Shown one piece after another: positions 1 to 11,075 of a DNA stretch of 64,000 nucleotides. The notes beneath the pieces are model-generated. The model made no database searches. It was not told where the DNA came from and worked only from the letters and a program-made list of their open reading frames with translations. Every line of letters begins with the position of its first letter. The first letter of the stretch is position 1. The stretch is from Sedimentisphaerales bacterium (GTDB taxonomy: Bacteria > Planctomycetota > Phycisphaerae > Sedimentisphaerales > SM23-30). The stretch spans positions 1-64,000 of the forward strand of contig CAXXFK010000040.1 in the NCBI GenBank assembly GCA_963663965.2, given 5' to 3'. A program made the translations under genes and the position numbers.

Positions 1-2592
1 TCGACCACCGGTTACTCCCTGACGCTATCCCAACCGCTGACAGAAGATCAAACCTGGTATTGGCGTGTTGATACCCGCCGATCGGACAAGATACTAACCG
101 GTCCGGTCTGGTCAGTTACACCCGCCTCCATCCGGCCGCCCCGTTACATGGAAAAACTCGGCCGCGGAGTCGTGGCTTTTTACCAGGGCAACGGCAATGT
201 CTATGTCGGCTGGCGTCTGACCGGCTTTGATCCTGCCGATATTGCCTTCAACCTGTATCGCAACGGAGCCAAACTCAACTCAACACCTATTGCCAACAGC
301 ACCAACTGGCTGGACAGCAATGTGAACATCGCCCAGGATAACACTTACTATGTCAGACCCGTCCGCCACGGCATCGAACAGCCTCCCAGTGTCTCATATA
401 CCCTTCCCGCTAATCCGCGCCAGTGCCAGTATCTGAATTTTCCCCTCAGTACCATTCCTGATGCCCCTGGCTCTTATTCCGTACGCTACGTGTACGCCGG
501 CGACCTGGATGGCGATGGTGAATATGACCTGGTTGTCTGCCGTGATTGCGATTCTCTGGCCACCCATAAAGTCCTGGAAGCCTACCGGCGGGATGGCGCT
601 TTTTCTCTGGCGTGGTCTTTCTGGGCCCGAATATCCAGGAAGCCTATACCCTGGTCTTCGATTTTGACTGCGATGGCAGAGCCGAAGTGCTGACTAAAAC
701 CTGTGAAGACACTACTTTCGCCGACGGCGTCACCATTGGCGATACCGATGGCGACGGCATCACCGATTATCGCAACATTGGGGCATCTTATGAGGTCCTC
801 AACGGCCCGGAGTTTATCTCCATCATCGACGGCTTAACCGGCGCCGAATTGGACCGGACCGATTTTATTCCACGCGGTGATATCAATGGACTGGGGTGAT
901 GATTACGGTCATCGCGCCAACTTTATCGAAGAATGCGTCGCCTATCTGGACGGTGTGCACCCCCAGTATCGTGTTCATGCGCAAGGCCCCGGCGATTATA
1001 TGAAAATGTGGGCATGGGATTATATCAACGGCAAACTCCAATTACGCTGGACCTGGTTCAACCACCATCATGAAGGATTGCCCGCCGATGAAAATTACGC
1101 CGATTTTCATCAAATACGCGCGGTGGATCTCGATGGCGATGGCAAGGATGAACTCAACCTGGGCGGTAGCGCTATCGACGATACCGGTGTTCCACTTTAC
1201 GGTACGGAACTGGTTCACGGCGACCGCTACCAGATTACTGATTTTGACCCTGACCGGCCCGGTCTGGAAGTCTACGCTATTCAACAGAACAACCAGACCC
1301 TGCTGGGCGCCGCTTACTATGACGCCGCGACCGGCGAGATCCTCAACCGCTATTATATGGATGCCGTCGGCGATGTCGGCCGGGGTGATGCCGGCGATTA
1401 CGACCGCAACCATAAAGGTCTGGAGTTTTTCTGCACACTCAATGGCATGTACAATTGTCAAGATGGCCTGATCTATGAAGAGCATCCATTTCCCACTCTC
1501 GGTATCTGGTGGGATGCCGACCTGCGCCGCGAATTTTTTATCGGTGTGGGTGGTACTGGCCAGAGTCCGGCTATCGAAAAATGGAACGATACCACCCACT
1601 CCAGCAACCGGCTCTGGACGCTTTATAACGATGGCGGCTCATACAATATTATCGTCCCCTGGGCCGGGCGTCCCCCACTACTGGCGGATGTCATTGGCGA
1701 CTGGCGTGAAGAGGTGGCGCTCGAAACCCGCGACCATACCGAACTGCACCTCTACAGCACCACATTACTGACCAGCCATCGGCTCTATACACTCATGCAC
1801 AATCCCTATTACCGGGTCGATGTCACTCACAAAGGCTACATCGTCACCACATACACCGATTATTATCTGGGTGAGGATATGGATTCCCCGCCCGTACCCT
1901 ATATTCAAACGGCCGGAACGGAAACTGGCGGTATACGCTGTGAGTGGTGGTCGGGACTTAGCGGTGCGACCGTATTGGACCTGACAAACGCGCCTGATTA
2001 TCCCGACCACCCCACTGGCATCACCCTGCTCCCGGCCATGACCACCGTCACCAACGACGGCGACTATTACGGCGCCCGGCTCCGGGGCTATCTGGTCCCA
2101 CCGACGACCGGTGCCTATACCTTCTGGATCGCCGGTGATGATACCGGCCAGCTCTGGCTGAGTTCCAGCGCCGACCCGACCCGCATCGCTTTAATCGCTT
2201 CGGTGCCGGCATACACCAGCCCCAATCAGTGGAATAAATTCCCTCAACAGCAGTCCGGGCCCATATCACTGATCGCCGGACACAAGTATTATATCGAAGT
2301 CCTGCATAAAGAATCCTACGGCGATGACCATCTTGCCGTGGCCTGGCAGGGGCCGCAAATCGATCAATCGGTTATTCCCGGCCGCTACCTGATTCCCTGG
2401 GCACAAGACCACACCGGCGATCAAAACAGTGATGACCAGGTGGATCTGCAGGATCTGGCTCGACTATCTACGCTCTGGTTCCAGACCGATTGCGCCCTGA
2501 ACCTGCAAACCGATCTTAATGGTGACTGCCTCATCGACATCGCGGACTGGAATATCGCCTTGAGATACTGGCTGACCAGGTATCCAGAATAA
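1..2592 (+). CDS. Rhamnogalacturonan lyase (PL11, YesW-like) with PA14 domain and C-terminal dockerin-like domain; 5'-truncated by the window and split by frameshifts
   Basis: Frame 1 is open from base 1 (..TWYWRVD..GPVWS..RYMEKLGRGVVA, a typical PL11 N-terminus). Further motifs: GDLDGDGEYD, DFDCDGRAEV, GPEF, WGDDYGHRA, HGDRYQITDFDPDRPGLE, ADVIGDWREE, TLMHNPYYR. PA14 (RLRGYLVPPTTGAYTFWIAGDD) and DLNGDCLIDIAD follow. Pieces are 148-693, 612-899 and 877-2592. Confidence 0.85.
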
Positions 2593-2612
2593 ATCACCGA
2601 TACGGAGTTTCA

Positions 2613-4019
2613 ATGAAACAGTTACTTTCTTTTTGTCTGCTCTATCTGGTCCTGCCCCTGCATGCCGCCCTTACACTGCCTCCTTTTTTCTCGGACCACA
2701 TGGTCCTCCAACGAGATAAACCGATTACCATCTGGGGCGAGACTACCCCCGACACTCCCATTACCATTAGTCTCGATCGGCAAACTCAGACCATCCAGTC
2801 CGGCGCCACCGGACACTGGAAAGCCATCCTGCCGGCCCAACCCGCCGGCGGTCCCTATACCCTCACGATAAAAATTCCCGAATCTACCCGTACGATCGAA
2901 GATATTTACCTGGGCGATGTCTGGGTCTTTTCCGGCCAGTCCAATATGCAGGTATCGTTCGATTACTATCTGACTCTGCCCAATCTGCCGGAATCCTGGC
3001 GCCAGCATTTCCAAACGACTCTCGATACCTGCGGCCGGGAACAACATGTCCGTCATTACATGGTCGCCACCCGCGACCGGAACGGCCAGACTATCCGTAA
3101 TCAGGCCGAAAATCGCTGGTACGGTAACCAGGGCGAATTCGTCCGGCATTGTAACCCCATCGCCTGGCATTTCGCCCGGGAGGTAGCCCACAAAACCGGC
3201 GTTACGACCGCCGCCGTGCGGATTGCCTGGGGCGGCCAGTATATCGAGCGTTTCTATAACGGCGCCGACATCTATAACTACATGCTCAAACCGTGGGGCG
3301 ACTTTCCCATCCGCGGTGTGATCTGGTATCAGGGCGAAAACAACCTGCACAAAGATGGCGACCGGCTGGCCTACGCCCTCAAACTCCAATTGCTCATCCG
3401 TGACTATCGCCGGCTCTGGCACGATCCGCAACTGCCCTTCTATATCGTCCAGCTGCCCCCGGCCCGCTATTCCGAACAACCCTTCAATGATGAAAACAGC
3501 CTGCCCCTCTTTCTCGAAGCCCAGCGCCAGGTCCTGGCCCTGCCCCATACTGCCATGGCCAACACCAGCGATCTGGGCATGACCAACGGCCTGCATCAAT
3601 ATCAAAAATACGATCTGGCTATTCGGCTGGCCAATATCGCCTTCGCCAACAGTTACGGTTTCACCGATGCCATCCCTGCCGGCCCCCAGTTCAATTCGTT
3701 CCGCATCGAAGCGGATAAAATCCGGGTTGAGTTCGAAACCTTTGGCTCCACCCTCACCACCCGTGACGGCCAGCCCCCCGCTTTCTTCGAAATCATGTCC
3801 GCCGGCAAAAATCAGCCCTTCCTCCCGGCCCAGGCCCGTATCGAAGGCAACAGTGTTCTACTCTGGAACGAATCGGTTTCCAAACCCTACGATGTCCGTT
3901 TCGCCTTCCGCGAACAGGACCTCATGCAGGTCAACTTGACCAACACTGAAAATATCCCCGCCGCCACCTTCTGGGCCCGCGCCACCAACCAGCTTCACCC
4001 CGGTCTGAAAAGTGAATAA
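2613..4019 (+). CDS. Sialate O-acetylesterase family (SGNH) esterase, secreted
   Basis: Signal peptide; FSDHMVLQRD, GDVWVFSGQSNM, GVIWYQGENN, LPFYIVQLP and GLHQ motifs. Confidence 0.9.
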   Translation: MKQLLSFCLLYLVLPLHAALTLPPFFSDHMVLQRDKPITIWGETTPDTPITISLDRQTQTIQSGATGHWKAILPAQPAGGPYTLTIKIPESTRTIEDIYLGDVWVFSGQSNMQVSFDYYLTLPNLPESWRQHFQTTLDTCGREQHVRHYMVATRDRNGQTIRNQAENRWYGNQGEFVRHCNPIAWHFAREVAHKTGVTTAAVRIAWGGQYIERFYNGADIYNYMLKPWGDFPIRGVIWYQGENNLHKDGDRLAYALKLQLLIRDYRRLWHDPQLPFYIVQLPPARYSEQPFNDENSLPLFLEAQRQVLALPHTAMANTSDLGMTNGLHQYQKYDLAIRLANIAFANSYGFTDAIPAGPQFNSFRIEADKIRVEFETFGSTLTTRDGQPPAFFEIMSAGKNQPFLPAQARIEGNSVLLWNESVSKPYDVRFAFREQDLMQVNLTNTENIPAATFWARATNQLHPGLKSE

Positions 4020-4098
4020 GCACATTAATAAACATGCGATCGCCTATCCCTGATCTGGCTCACCATAAACTCTATCCAGTTTTGCCAGTTTCCGTTCT

Positions 4099-4263
4099 TT
4101 ATTCGTCATTGATTTTAAACCATCTTTGTAATCGCATAGACGCTTGCCCGAGTTTCGTCCGACGCTCCGCCAGATTCAATTGGGGATAAAAGTTTGGACT
4201 GCCAAGAACTGTCTGCCAGGCAACTGCCAATTCCGTCAATTGCCTGATTATTCTATTCTCCAT
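4099..4263 (-). pseudogene. 54-codon ORF coupled to the AbiEi-like gene; probable internally deleted cognate toxin remnant
   Basis: ATG at 4263 overlaps the end of the upstream gene. It reads MENRIIRQLTELAVAWQTVLGSPNFYPQLNLAERRTKLGQASMRLQRWFKINDE*, and this is the position where an AbiEii-type partner normally lies. Confidence 0.4.
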
Positions 4264-5326
4264 TGAACCTCCTCAGAATTTGTTCCTTTAATTGCCTGGC
4301 GATTTTAGGGCCACGCGGTTTGTCATTTACCAATTCCAGATATAACTCTAAATCATCCACCATATTATCCGGTCTTACTCTCCTGTTAAACCATATACAA
4401 GAATTTCTGCTTTCTATAAAAGTAACCTGCCCGTATTCTTCGTCCGGAGTAACCGCGATTGAGCTTCGCTTGAGAGCGCTTTTCACCTCTTGCATTGATT
4501 TGATAAAAATCGTAATTTGATCCGTCATTCCCAGGTTTTTTCTTTTCGCTGCGTAAAATCCGGAATAAACATAGTCTATCTGAAATTCTTCCAATAATGC
4601 CTCTAATTCATTTATATTTTCTAACTCATATCGATACTCTCGATCCCTCTTCCGCTTAGCGAAATTCCAATAACCTTCCGCGAGACGATCAAGCAATATT
4701 TCCGGTTTTTTCAGGCTGATTCTGGATTCCCTTTTACTGATAATCAGTTCTTCTTCCAGTGATTTTAGCACCTTCGAAACCGTTCCAAGCGTTATGGCCC
4801 CATTTCTTTGCTTGATAAAATCCGCAATCTCATACAAAGAAGCAAAACCTTCAGGACAAAGCAGCAAGGCTCTACCGACCAAAGAAGAGGTACCCTCATA
4901 GATTTTTTTTATGGGTGATGTGTCCGGAAATTTATTGGATTTTCCTGTCCGTTCGATATAGATCACCGGGGGAATTGTAATAAGCATATTCCCTGAAAGA
5001 TCAATCCAGCATATCTCTTGCTCCCTTAAAAGTTTTGATTCCTTATAACTGACATAAGGCGCAATGATCATAGGCAGCAATTCCTGCCGCTTGAGTTCAT
5101 TTTTGATATTGCCAAAGATATTAATTTTCTCATCGATTACTTTGGGTGTTGAGATCGACAGCAATTCCACTGCAGCCTTAAATGATGGACCCTCTGGAAT
5201 CGAAAATTCAATAATTGCATCAATCGCATTGTTATTGATATTGGTATTGATTCTATCAACCACCAGCGGAGAGAGTGCCCCTTGGATTTCTAATTCCCTG
5301 ATTATGTCGCTTTCTTTGAGTCGCAT
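4253..5326 (-). CDS. AbiEi-like type IV antitoxin / transcriptional regulator (AbiEi_2-like)
   Basis: PMIIAPYVS..LREQEICWIDLSGNMLI, an HTH (GTVSKVLKSLEEE), LLDRLAEGY and C-terminal LELYLEL..KPRGPKIA; low GC. Confidence 0.7.
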   Translation of the reverse strand: MRLKESDIIRELEIQGALSPLVVDRINTNINNNAIDAIIEFSIPEGPSFKAAVELLSISTPKVIDEKINIFGNIKNELKRQELLPMIIAPYVSYKESKLLREQEICWIDLSGNMLITIPPVIYIERTGKSNKFPDTSPIKKIYEGTSSLVGRALLLCPEGFASLYEIADFIKQRNGAITLGTVSKVLKSLEEELIISKRESRISLKKPEILLDRLAEGYWNFAKRKRDREYRYELENINELEALLEEFQIDYVYSGFYAAKRKNLGMTDQITIFIKSMQEVKSALKRSSIAVTPDEEYGQVTFIESRNSCIWFNRRVRPDNMVDDLELYLELVNDKPRGPKIARQLKEQILRRFNGE

Positions 5327-5332
5327 CTTATA

Positions 5333-5434
5333 TTTTCCTTATAATTAATATTTTCCTATATAGGAAATATCATAAATTCAGGAAAACAACAATACAAATT
5401 TTCCTAAATTGACTTATTTTCCTATTCAGGAAAA
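5333..5434. promoter_or_regulatory. Array of TTTTCCT-N4-AGGAAAA-like inverted repeats; probable autoregulatory operator
   Basis: Perfect palindrome TTTCCTATATAGGAAA at 5352-5367, TTTTCCTATTCAGGAAAA at 5417-5434, and half sites near 5333, 5380 and 5399, directly upstream of the AbiEi-like gene. Confidence 0.65.
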
Positions 5435-5636
5435 CTTATTATATTAAGAAAACACAGATAAAGTTTTATGGATTTCGAAAATAAATATCGTTTTAACCAT
5501 TTAATATTAATATAGTTATAATAAAATTAACACCATCGGGCATAATCGACTATCATGACGGTTACCAATTAATTGATCAAACGAAATAATCCCTCAAAAT
5601 ATATTCCCGTCCGATATTAAAACTTTACCCGCCCCT

Positions 5637-6677
5637 TTACTCTCCCACCATCCTGCCACCTTTCAGATCAAATCGATACACCCGATCAAACTGCCGGTTC
5701 ATCACCAGATGCATCTCCCTGGCATCCATATCGTAGACCACCGACCAGGGGGTTTTGTCTGCCACCTGTTTCAGTATATCCAGCGCCTGAGCTACTGTTA
5801 ATTTTCCCTGCCGTTTTTCCAGCGCGGCCAGTATTAATCGATAACGGCTGCACGTGACTTCATCTGGATCTTTGATTTTCGCCAAAGCAAAGTTCGTCGC
5901 CGCCTGCCAGGGCTGTTCGTTACGTATTACACACGGCTCGCCATCGATCCACTCCACAACCGCGGCATTTCCTGTCGGATCCGCCAGCATCAGGTGTAAC
6001 CCCACTACCGGCGTAAAACCAATATCTACTCCCCCCAGCCATGTCAACGCCTCCGCTACTGTCCGGCAATGATCCAGTATCCAGCGTACCGCCGCCAGGC
6101 AATGGATGAACGACTTATCATCCTCGTGTTTATCCGAACTGCCCGCCAGGGTCGCCACCGCCACGATCAAACCACACTCATTCATCCCATCCAGCGGAAA
6201 CAGCGGCCCGGCCAGCATCCGCATCTTCTGCCACACACTCAGGCCCTCCTCCGGCTCACCCGCCAGCCCCAGATGCGTCAGATCCACCATACTCACCGAG
6301 GCATAACCGCCCGGCGGATTGATAAACAACAGCAACGCCGGGCTATAGCCCCAATCGAATCCGCGCCCCAACAGCGAATGATCCGGTTCCCCCAGCGCCG
6401 CGAATATCGCGCATGCATCGCCGCCGGAACCACCGCCTCCGGTAAAAATCCGCGGATAAAGCCACCGCCACCCACCCATCAATCCCTGATAACCACCCTG
6501 CCAGTGCATCGTATACAGCGGATAGCCATCCACCCGCCGCAAACTCAGAATCGTTCGCACCGGATTAATCGCCAGTATCACCAACACCAACGCAATGACC
6601 AGTAATACCCGCCCAATCCAGCGCCGGCGGCGCTTGCGTTTTTTCTTACTGTCAGTTTTCAGGTCAATATTTTCCAA
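5637..6677 (-). CDS. Linear amide C-N hydrolase (choloylglycine hydrolase / acid ceramidase-like Ntn hydrolase) with N-terminal membrane anchor
   Basis: Candidate nucleophile Cys (DA|CAIFAA), LLGRGFDW, PLDGMNECGL, HLMLADPTGNAAVVEW, ATNF, WSVVYD. Confidence 0.8.
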   Translation of the reverse strand: MENIDLKTDSKKKRKRRRRWIGRVLLVIALVLVILAINPVRTILSLRRVDGYPLYTMHWQGGYQGLMGGWRWLYPRIFTGGGGSGGDACAIFAALGEPDHSLLGRGFDWGYSPALLLFINPPGGYASVSMVDLTHLGLAGEPEEGLSVWQKMRMLAGPLFPLDGMNECGLIVAVATLAGSSDKHEDDKSFIHCLAAVRWILDHCRTVAEALTWLGGVDIGFTPVVGLHLMLADPTGNAAVVEWIDGEPCVIRNEQPWQAATNFALAKIKDPDEVTCSRYRLILAALEKRQGKLTVAQALDILKQVADKTPWSVVYDMDAREMHLVMNRQFDRVYRFDLKGGRMVGE

Positions 6678-9600
6678 TTACCTCTTCCCGAAATTAAAGT
6701 ATAGCTGACCGCGATAGCGCCCCTGTGCCACGTTTTTCTGGCTTTCCGGCCCCAGCTGATCCGCGGGTTTAAACTTGGTGCCAATCGGTGGGATCGCGTG
6801 CAGAAACGAAACTTCGCCCTCAGGAAACGCCACCTGGGTATTGCTGGGATTGATCCCGAACTGCGGTTTACCGACCCGGAAATACAGCGTATCGGCCAAA
6901 TCATGATCCGCAACCGCTGTAATCACCCCGGTATGCGTATCCAGCTTCAACCAGTTCAGATTGGCAAAATATCCCTTAAATTCAGGCACGGCATAGGTCT
7001 GGCCGGGAATCGGATCGTTATAATCCATATGCCAGACGCCCAGGCTGGTCCCGCGCAGCCGGTTTTTCCACACCCGGTACGGCCCGGCGCCCAGCCAGGT
7101 CTTGCCTGCCATCTGATCTTCCGGGCAATCGAACGTGATTCCAAAAGTATCATAAGCCCCTTCCAGTTCCATTTCCCAGCTTAAACCCAGCCAACCCGAT
7201 GGATAGACCGTCCAGGTAAACTGGTGATCCTTACCCTTGCATTCAATCACATAATCAGCCCCCTCCTTGCCATATTTAACTTCAGGCCCCTGCCGGTCGG
7301 GCGCCGATTCATGGTCCACCACCTGAAATTCCTGGATGCTGGTCCAGTTATTCTCGGTATTCCCACGCCCCGTCAAGCGGATATATCGCCCGGAAACCGT
7401 ATCCAACCGGTAATGTTCCAGCTGATCTGTCTGGCCGCTGCTCTGGCCGCGATAAACCTCCTGCCAGTTTTGACCATCCGCCGAAACCGCCAGTTCAAAC
7501 CGGGCCTGTCGGGCATTACCCTTCTGCCAGGATATCGCCACCTCCGGAATGGCCTTAACACGACCAAGATCGAAAACAATCATCACGCCATCCCCTTCCG
7601 CCGACCAGCGCGTCCCCAGTTGCCCATCAATCGTATTCGCCGCTCCATTGCCCGACTCAGCCCGATCCGCTCGAGCTGACACAATCGGGATTGTCGGATT
7701 CGCAACATCACCATCCGGGACAAATCGCGGACCATTGCCAAAGGCCATCGCCTGGCCCTCTCGCTCGACACTCATCAGCCGGCCATTGGTCCTGTCAAAC
7801 TCGAACCGTGCCTCATCATTAGTCACTACCAATCGATTCCCATCTATTCGAGCCACCGGGCGGCTACCGCCCTTGGCAACCCTGTCCTTTACATCAATTG
7901 TAAGATCACCCATCGCCCAGGTCCACGTCCACAATTCTTCTCCCCCCGGGCCTCGCGCGGTCAACCGCAAAGCGTCCCGGCCACGCCAGCCCTCCGGCAG
8001 GTTGATCGTCAGTTCCCCTTTACTACCCGGCTCCACATCCGGTCCGGCCTGCTTATCCGTTTGGCGGATCACTACGCTTTTATCATCAAAAGGCCCGCCA
8101 AAGTCAATCCACGACCAGGTAAACTCACATTGCCGCAAATTGGTAAATGAATAATCATTCGACACCGGAATATGCCCCGAAAAGTCATCACCGATCACCT
8201 CCAGATCGATCTGCACCGGCGACCAGATCTCCTTGATCGTATAAAAGCTCCCCTCTTTCTGGCGATGCGGCCCAACAATGCCATCCGGCGCGTGATTGCC
8301 ATCGTTGTCATAGATGCCGTCTTTATCGGTGCGGATCACCCCTTCATCTACTAAGGCCCACAAAAAACCGCCCACGCCCAATTTAGACTGCTTCGTCGCC
8401 TGCCAGAAATCGTTCAATCCCGCACCATGCCCGCCATCATACAGCCCATGCAAAAACTCCGTCGGCATATATAAATCGCCCTGCCGGTATTCTTGCCCGG
8501 ATTGCCTGACCAGCTTGCCCTCCGCCAGTGTTTTATGCTGATCGTAGCTGCGATAGTGCGCGGTATTCACCCCACTGCTGGACTCCCATGGATGCAGTAC
8601 CGGCCGGTTCTGGGGATCGTAAAGCGCGAATTCCCGGTCCAGTTCCTTGTTCCAGCCGCCCTCATTGGCATTATCCCAGAACAAAATGCACGGATGATTC
8701 ACATCCCGCCGCACCATCTCCGCCACCAGCTTCCGGCCGATCCCCGTATCATAAGGGGGCTTCTGCCAGCCGGCCAGTTCATCCAGCACATACAAACCCA
8801 ACTCATCGCATGCCCGCAAAAAATCACGGTCCGGCGGATAATGCGACATCCGCACCGCGTTCATATTCATCGATTTGATCAACCGGACATCATCGTAACA
8901 GATTTTTTCGCTCAGACACCGGCCCGTATCCGGCCAGAAACTATGCCGGCACACCCCTTTCAGCATAATCCTGCTGCCATTCAAATACAGCCCTTCACCC
9001 GGCCTGACCTCGAACGTCCGAAATCCGAACCGTTCACGGATGTTATGCACCGTCTTGCCGTCCTGTCTCAGCTCCAGCGCCACGGTATATAAATGCGGCG
9101 TCTCGGCCGTCCAGTTCTGCTGATTGACCACCTGTGTCTGAATCCGCACCGTTTCAGCGCCCGCCGCCACTTTCGTCACAAATTCACTGCCCAGCGACAG
9201 GTTCGTATCATCGATAATCCGCGCGGCGATCTGACCCTCTTCGACCACCCCCCGCAGATGAACATCCATCATAAAAAGGCCATCCGCCCGCGCATCTACC
9301 GCCGTCCAGTCAATCGAGGTTTGAGGTACTGCCGCAAGCCAGACCGGCCGGTAAATCCCGCCAAACACCCAGTAATCCGCCTGACGTTCGGCCGCCTCCA
9401 CACTTTTATCCGCAGATACCTTGCTCACCGTCACCTCCAGCAGGTTATCACCCTCACATTTCACCAGATCGGTAATGTCATATTCGAACTCATAAAATCC
9501 GCCCTGATGGATCGGCCCGGCTGACCGGCCGTTCACCCAAACCTGGGTATCGGTCATCACCCCGCCAAATACCAGCAGAACCCGTTTTGTCGCCCAACTG

Positions 9601-9896
9601 CTATCCAGCTTAAAGCGCGTCCGATATTTTCCCTGCTCATCCAACTTCGGCCGGTCATGGCCATAATTATAACCGCCAAACCCCTGCAACTCCCAGTTGG
9701 AAGGCACCTGGATCGTCGTCCACTCTCCCGCCCGGCGTCCCCCCGTACAATAAAACTCCCAATCCACGGTATCATCGCACCCCTTACCCGAAAGATACTG
9801 GATTTCAGTGCTGTCGGGAACAACAGAAGCCTGAAGTGTAGAGAAAATAACTAAGGCAAGTACGGAAGTAATTCTACATCGATTTAATTTATTCAT
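6678..9896 (-). CDS. Glycoside hydrolase family 2 (beta-galactosidase-like) with inserted F5/8 type C (CBM32-like) domain
   Basis: VPSNWELQGFG, FGFRTFEV, LKGVCRH, MNMNAVRMSHYP, WDNANE (acid/base), PTEFLHGLYDGG (nucleophile); IDGQLGTRWSA discoidin motif. Confidence 0.92.
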   Translation of the reverse strand: MNKLNRCRITSVLALVIFSTLQASVVPDSTEIQYLSGKGCDDTVDWEFYCTGGRRAGEWTTIQVPSNWELQGFGGYNYGHDRPKLDEQGKYRTRFKLDSSWATKRVLLVFGGVMTDTQVWVNGRSAGPIHQGGFYEFEYDITDLVKCEGDNLLEVTVSKVSADKSVEAAERQADYWVFGGIYRPVWLAAVPQTSIDWTAVDARADGLFMMDVHLRGVVEEGQIAARIIDDTNLSLGSEFVTKVAAGAETVRIQTQVVNQQNWTAETPHLYTVALELRQDGKTVHNIRERFGFRTFEVRPGEGLYLNGSRIMLKGVCRHSFWPDTGRCLSEKICYDDVRLIKSMNMNAVRMSHYPPDRDFLRACDELGLYVLDELAGWQKPPYDTGIGRKLVAEMVRRDVNHPCILFWDNANEGGWNKELDREFALYDPQNRPVLHPWESSSGVNTAHYRSYDQHKTLAEGKLVRQSGQEYRQGDLYMPTEFLHGLYDGGHGAGLNDFWQATKQSKLGVGGFLWALVDEGVIRTDKDGIYDNDGNHAPDGIVGPHRQKEGSFYTIKEIWSPVQIDLEVIGDDFSGHIPVSNDYSFTNLRQCEFTWSWIDFGGPFDDKSVVIRQTDKQAGPDVEPGSKGELTINLPEGWRGRDALRLTARGPGGEELWTWTWAMGDLTIDVKDRVAKGGSRPVARIDGNRLVVTNDEARFEFDRTNGRLMSVEREGQAMAFGNGPRFVPDGDVANPTIPIVSARADRAESGNGAANTIDGQLGTRWSAEGDGVMIVFDLGRVKAIPEVAISWQKGNARQARFELAVSADGQNWQEVYRGQSSGQTDQLEHYRLDTVSGRYIRLTGRGNTENNWTSIQEFQVVDHESAPDRQGPEVKYGKEGADYVIECKGKDHQFTWTVYPSGWLGLSWEMELEGAYDTFGITFDCPEDQMAGKTWLGAGPYRVWKNRLRGTSLGVWHMDYNDPIPGQTYAVPEFKGYFANLNWLKLDTHTGVITAVADHDLADTLYFRVGKPQFGINPSNTQVAFPEGEVSFLHAIPPIGTKFKPADQLGPESQKNVAQGRYRGQLYFNFGKR

Positions 9897-9957
9897 AATT
9901 AACCATTTTCTTCGAAATCATTCTAATGTAATTGATTACAAAAACCTATTCATACAA

Positions 9958-10182
9958 TTATTTAATTACTTTCGGATCAGGCGGAGGTCGTTTTTCAATC
10001 TGTAAATCCCTGTTTTTTTCCGTAATTGCCTTAGGATCCTTCTTGTTATTGAGTTCCTCCAGTAATTCAGCAGGATAGCGATTATAACACTCACCCCACC
10101 AACGTTTCATTCTCGTATTCCAGATTCGCCAGGAGCCATCAGGCAATGCCTTTGCAACATATTTTTGCTTGGGTTTTCCCAT
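9958..10182 (-). CDS. Small basic hypothetical protein
   Basis: 74-aa ORF co-oriented with its neighbours; no recognisable motif. Confidence 0.55.
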   Translation of the reverse strand: MGKPKQKYVAKALPDGSWRIWNTRMKRWWGECYNRYPAELLEELNNKKDPKAITEKNRDLQIEKRPPPDPKVIK

Positions 10183-10354
10183 TATGGATATACTCAGGTT
10201 AACAGCGAATTTAGATGAGTTATTACTATTACATAATCATCAACATAAATATTTAATTCCACGTTGGATCAATTAAATTTTCACACAAAACATCCATACT
10301 GTCAAGTATGGACATAAATCCCCATCTTTTAGTTATTCCAATTGATATTGGTCA

Positions 10355-11038
10355 TTATTGATAAAACTCATAATGCAGATAAACCCCCGGATATACTTCC
10401 GCCAGTTTACCTTCAGGGAGTTGGTAAGCCCCTTCAGATGGATAAATAATAAGCTCCCAGCCCAGTTGCATAAAACCGGAATTCCAACTCAATATGACAC
10501 ATCTTGTCCCATCCACTTCTTTAACTTCAACATTTTCAGGATTGAAAGGCCGGGCTGCTTCCGGAACATTAAGACCATTCGTACAGATTATTCCACCATC
10601 CGGGATAATTACCCCTTGTCCCCAGCTTCTGATTTCCTCATATTCATCAACAAACTTGTAATGAAACAATAATCCGTTAAAATAAATTTCATGAGACAAA
10701 CCCGCTACCAATAGTAATCCATACAAAAGCACACAACCAAGCGCTAAATTGACAATTCTGATCCAGAACTTTCGCCGACCGGCAATTGATTCTCGAATAC
10801 ATTTCCATATACTGATCAGAAAGAATATAGAAATGATCAGAGCAATAAAAGGTCTGTAAAATTCCATCCTCATTACCGCATTAGGATGAATTAAACCCAC
10901 GATCCAGAACAACATCCCGTAGACCAGCACGGTCAGTAACATAATATAGATTCGGTTTATTTTTCTGACATTACCCAATCGGGCGGATTTGCCAGATTCT
11001 GCATCACTCTGGTTGTTACTTGATTCGATTTGCTCCAT
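10355..11038 (-). CDS. Hypothetical membrane protein (about 3 TM helices)
   Basis: Three hydrophobic segments followed by a soluble C-terminal domain. Confidence 0.7.
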   Translation of the reverse strand: MEQIESSNNQSDAESGKSARLGNVRKINRIYIMLLTVLVYGMLFWIVGLIHPNAVMRMEFYRPFIALIISIFFLISIWKCIRESIAGRRKFWIRIVNLALGCVLLYGLLLVAGLSHEIYFNGLLFHYKFVDEYEEIRSWGQGVIIPDGGIICTNGLNVPEAARPFNPENVEVKEVDGTRCVILSWNSGFMQLGWELIIYPSEGAYQLPEGKLAEVYPGVYLHYEFYQ

Positions 11039-11075
11039 TACTAATCCCCGTTAAGAGTAACATTATCTTATCCAA

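Noticed and set aside
2622..3605. 327-aa minus-strand ORF and similar antisense ORFs (e.g. 15596-16336, 28271-29041, 30056-30709)
   Set aside because: Shadows of well-supported genes in GC-rich coding DNA
10293..10312. TCCATACT-GTCA-AGTATGGA palindrome
   Set aside because: Single 8-bp stem without a U-tract; function cannot be supported
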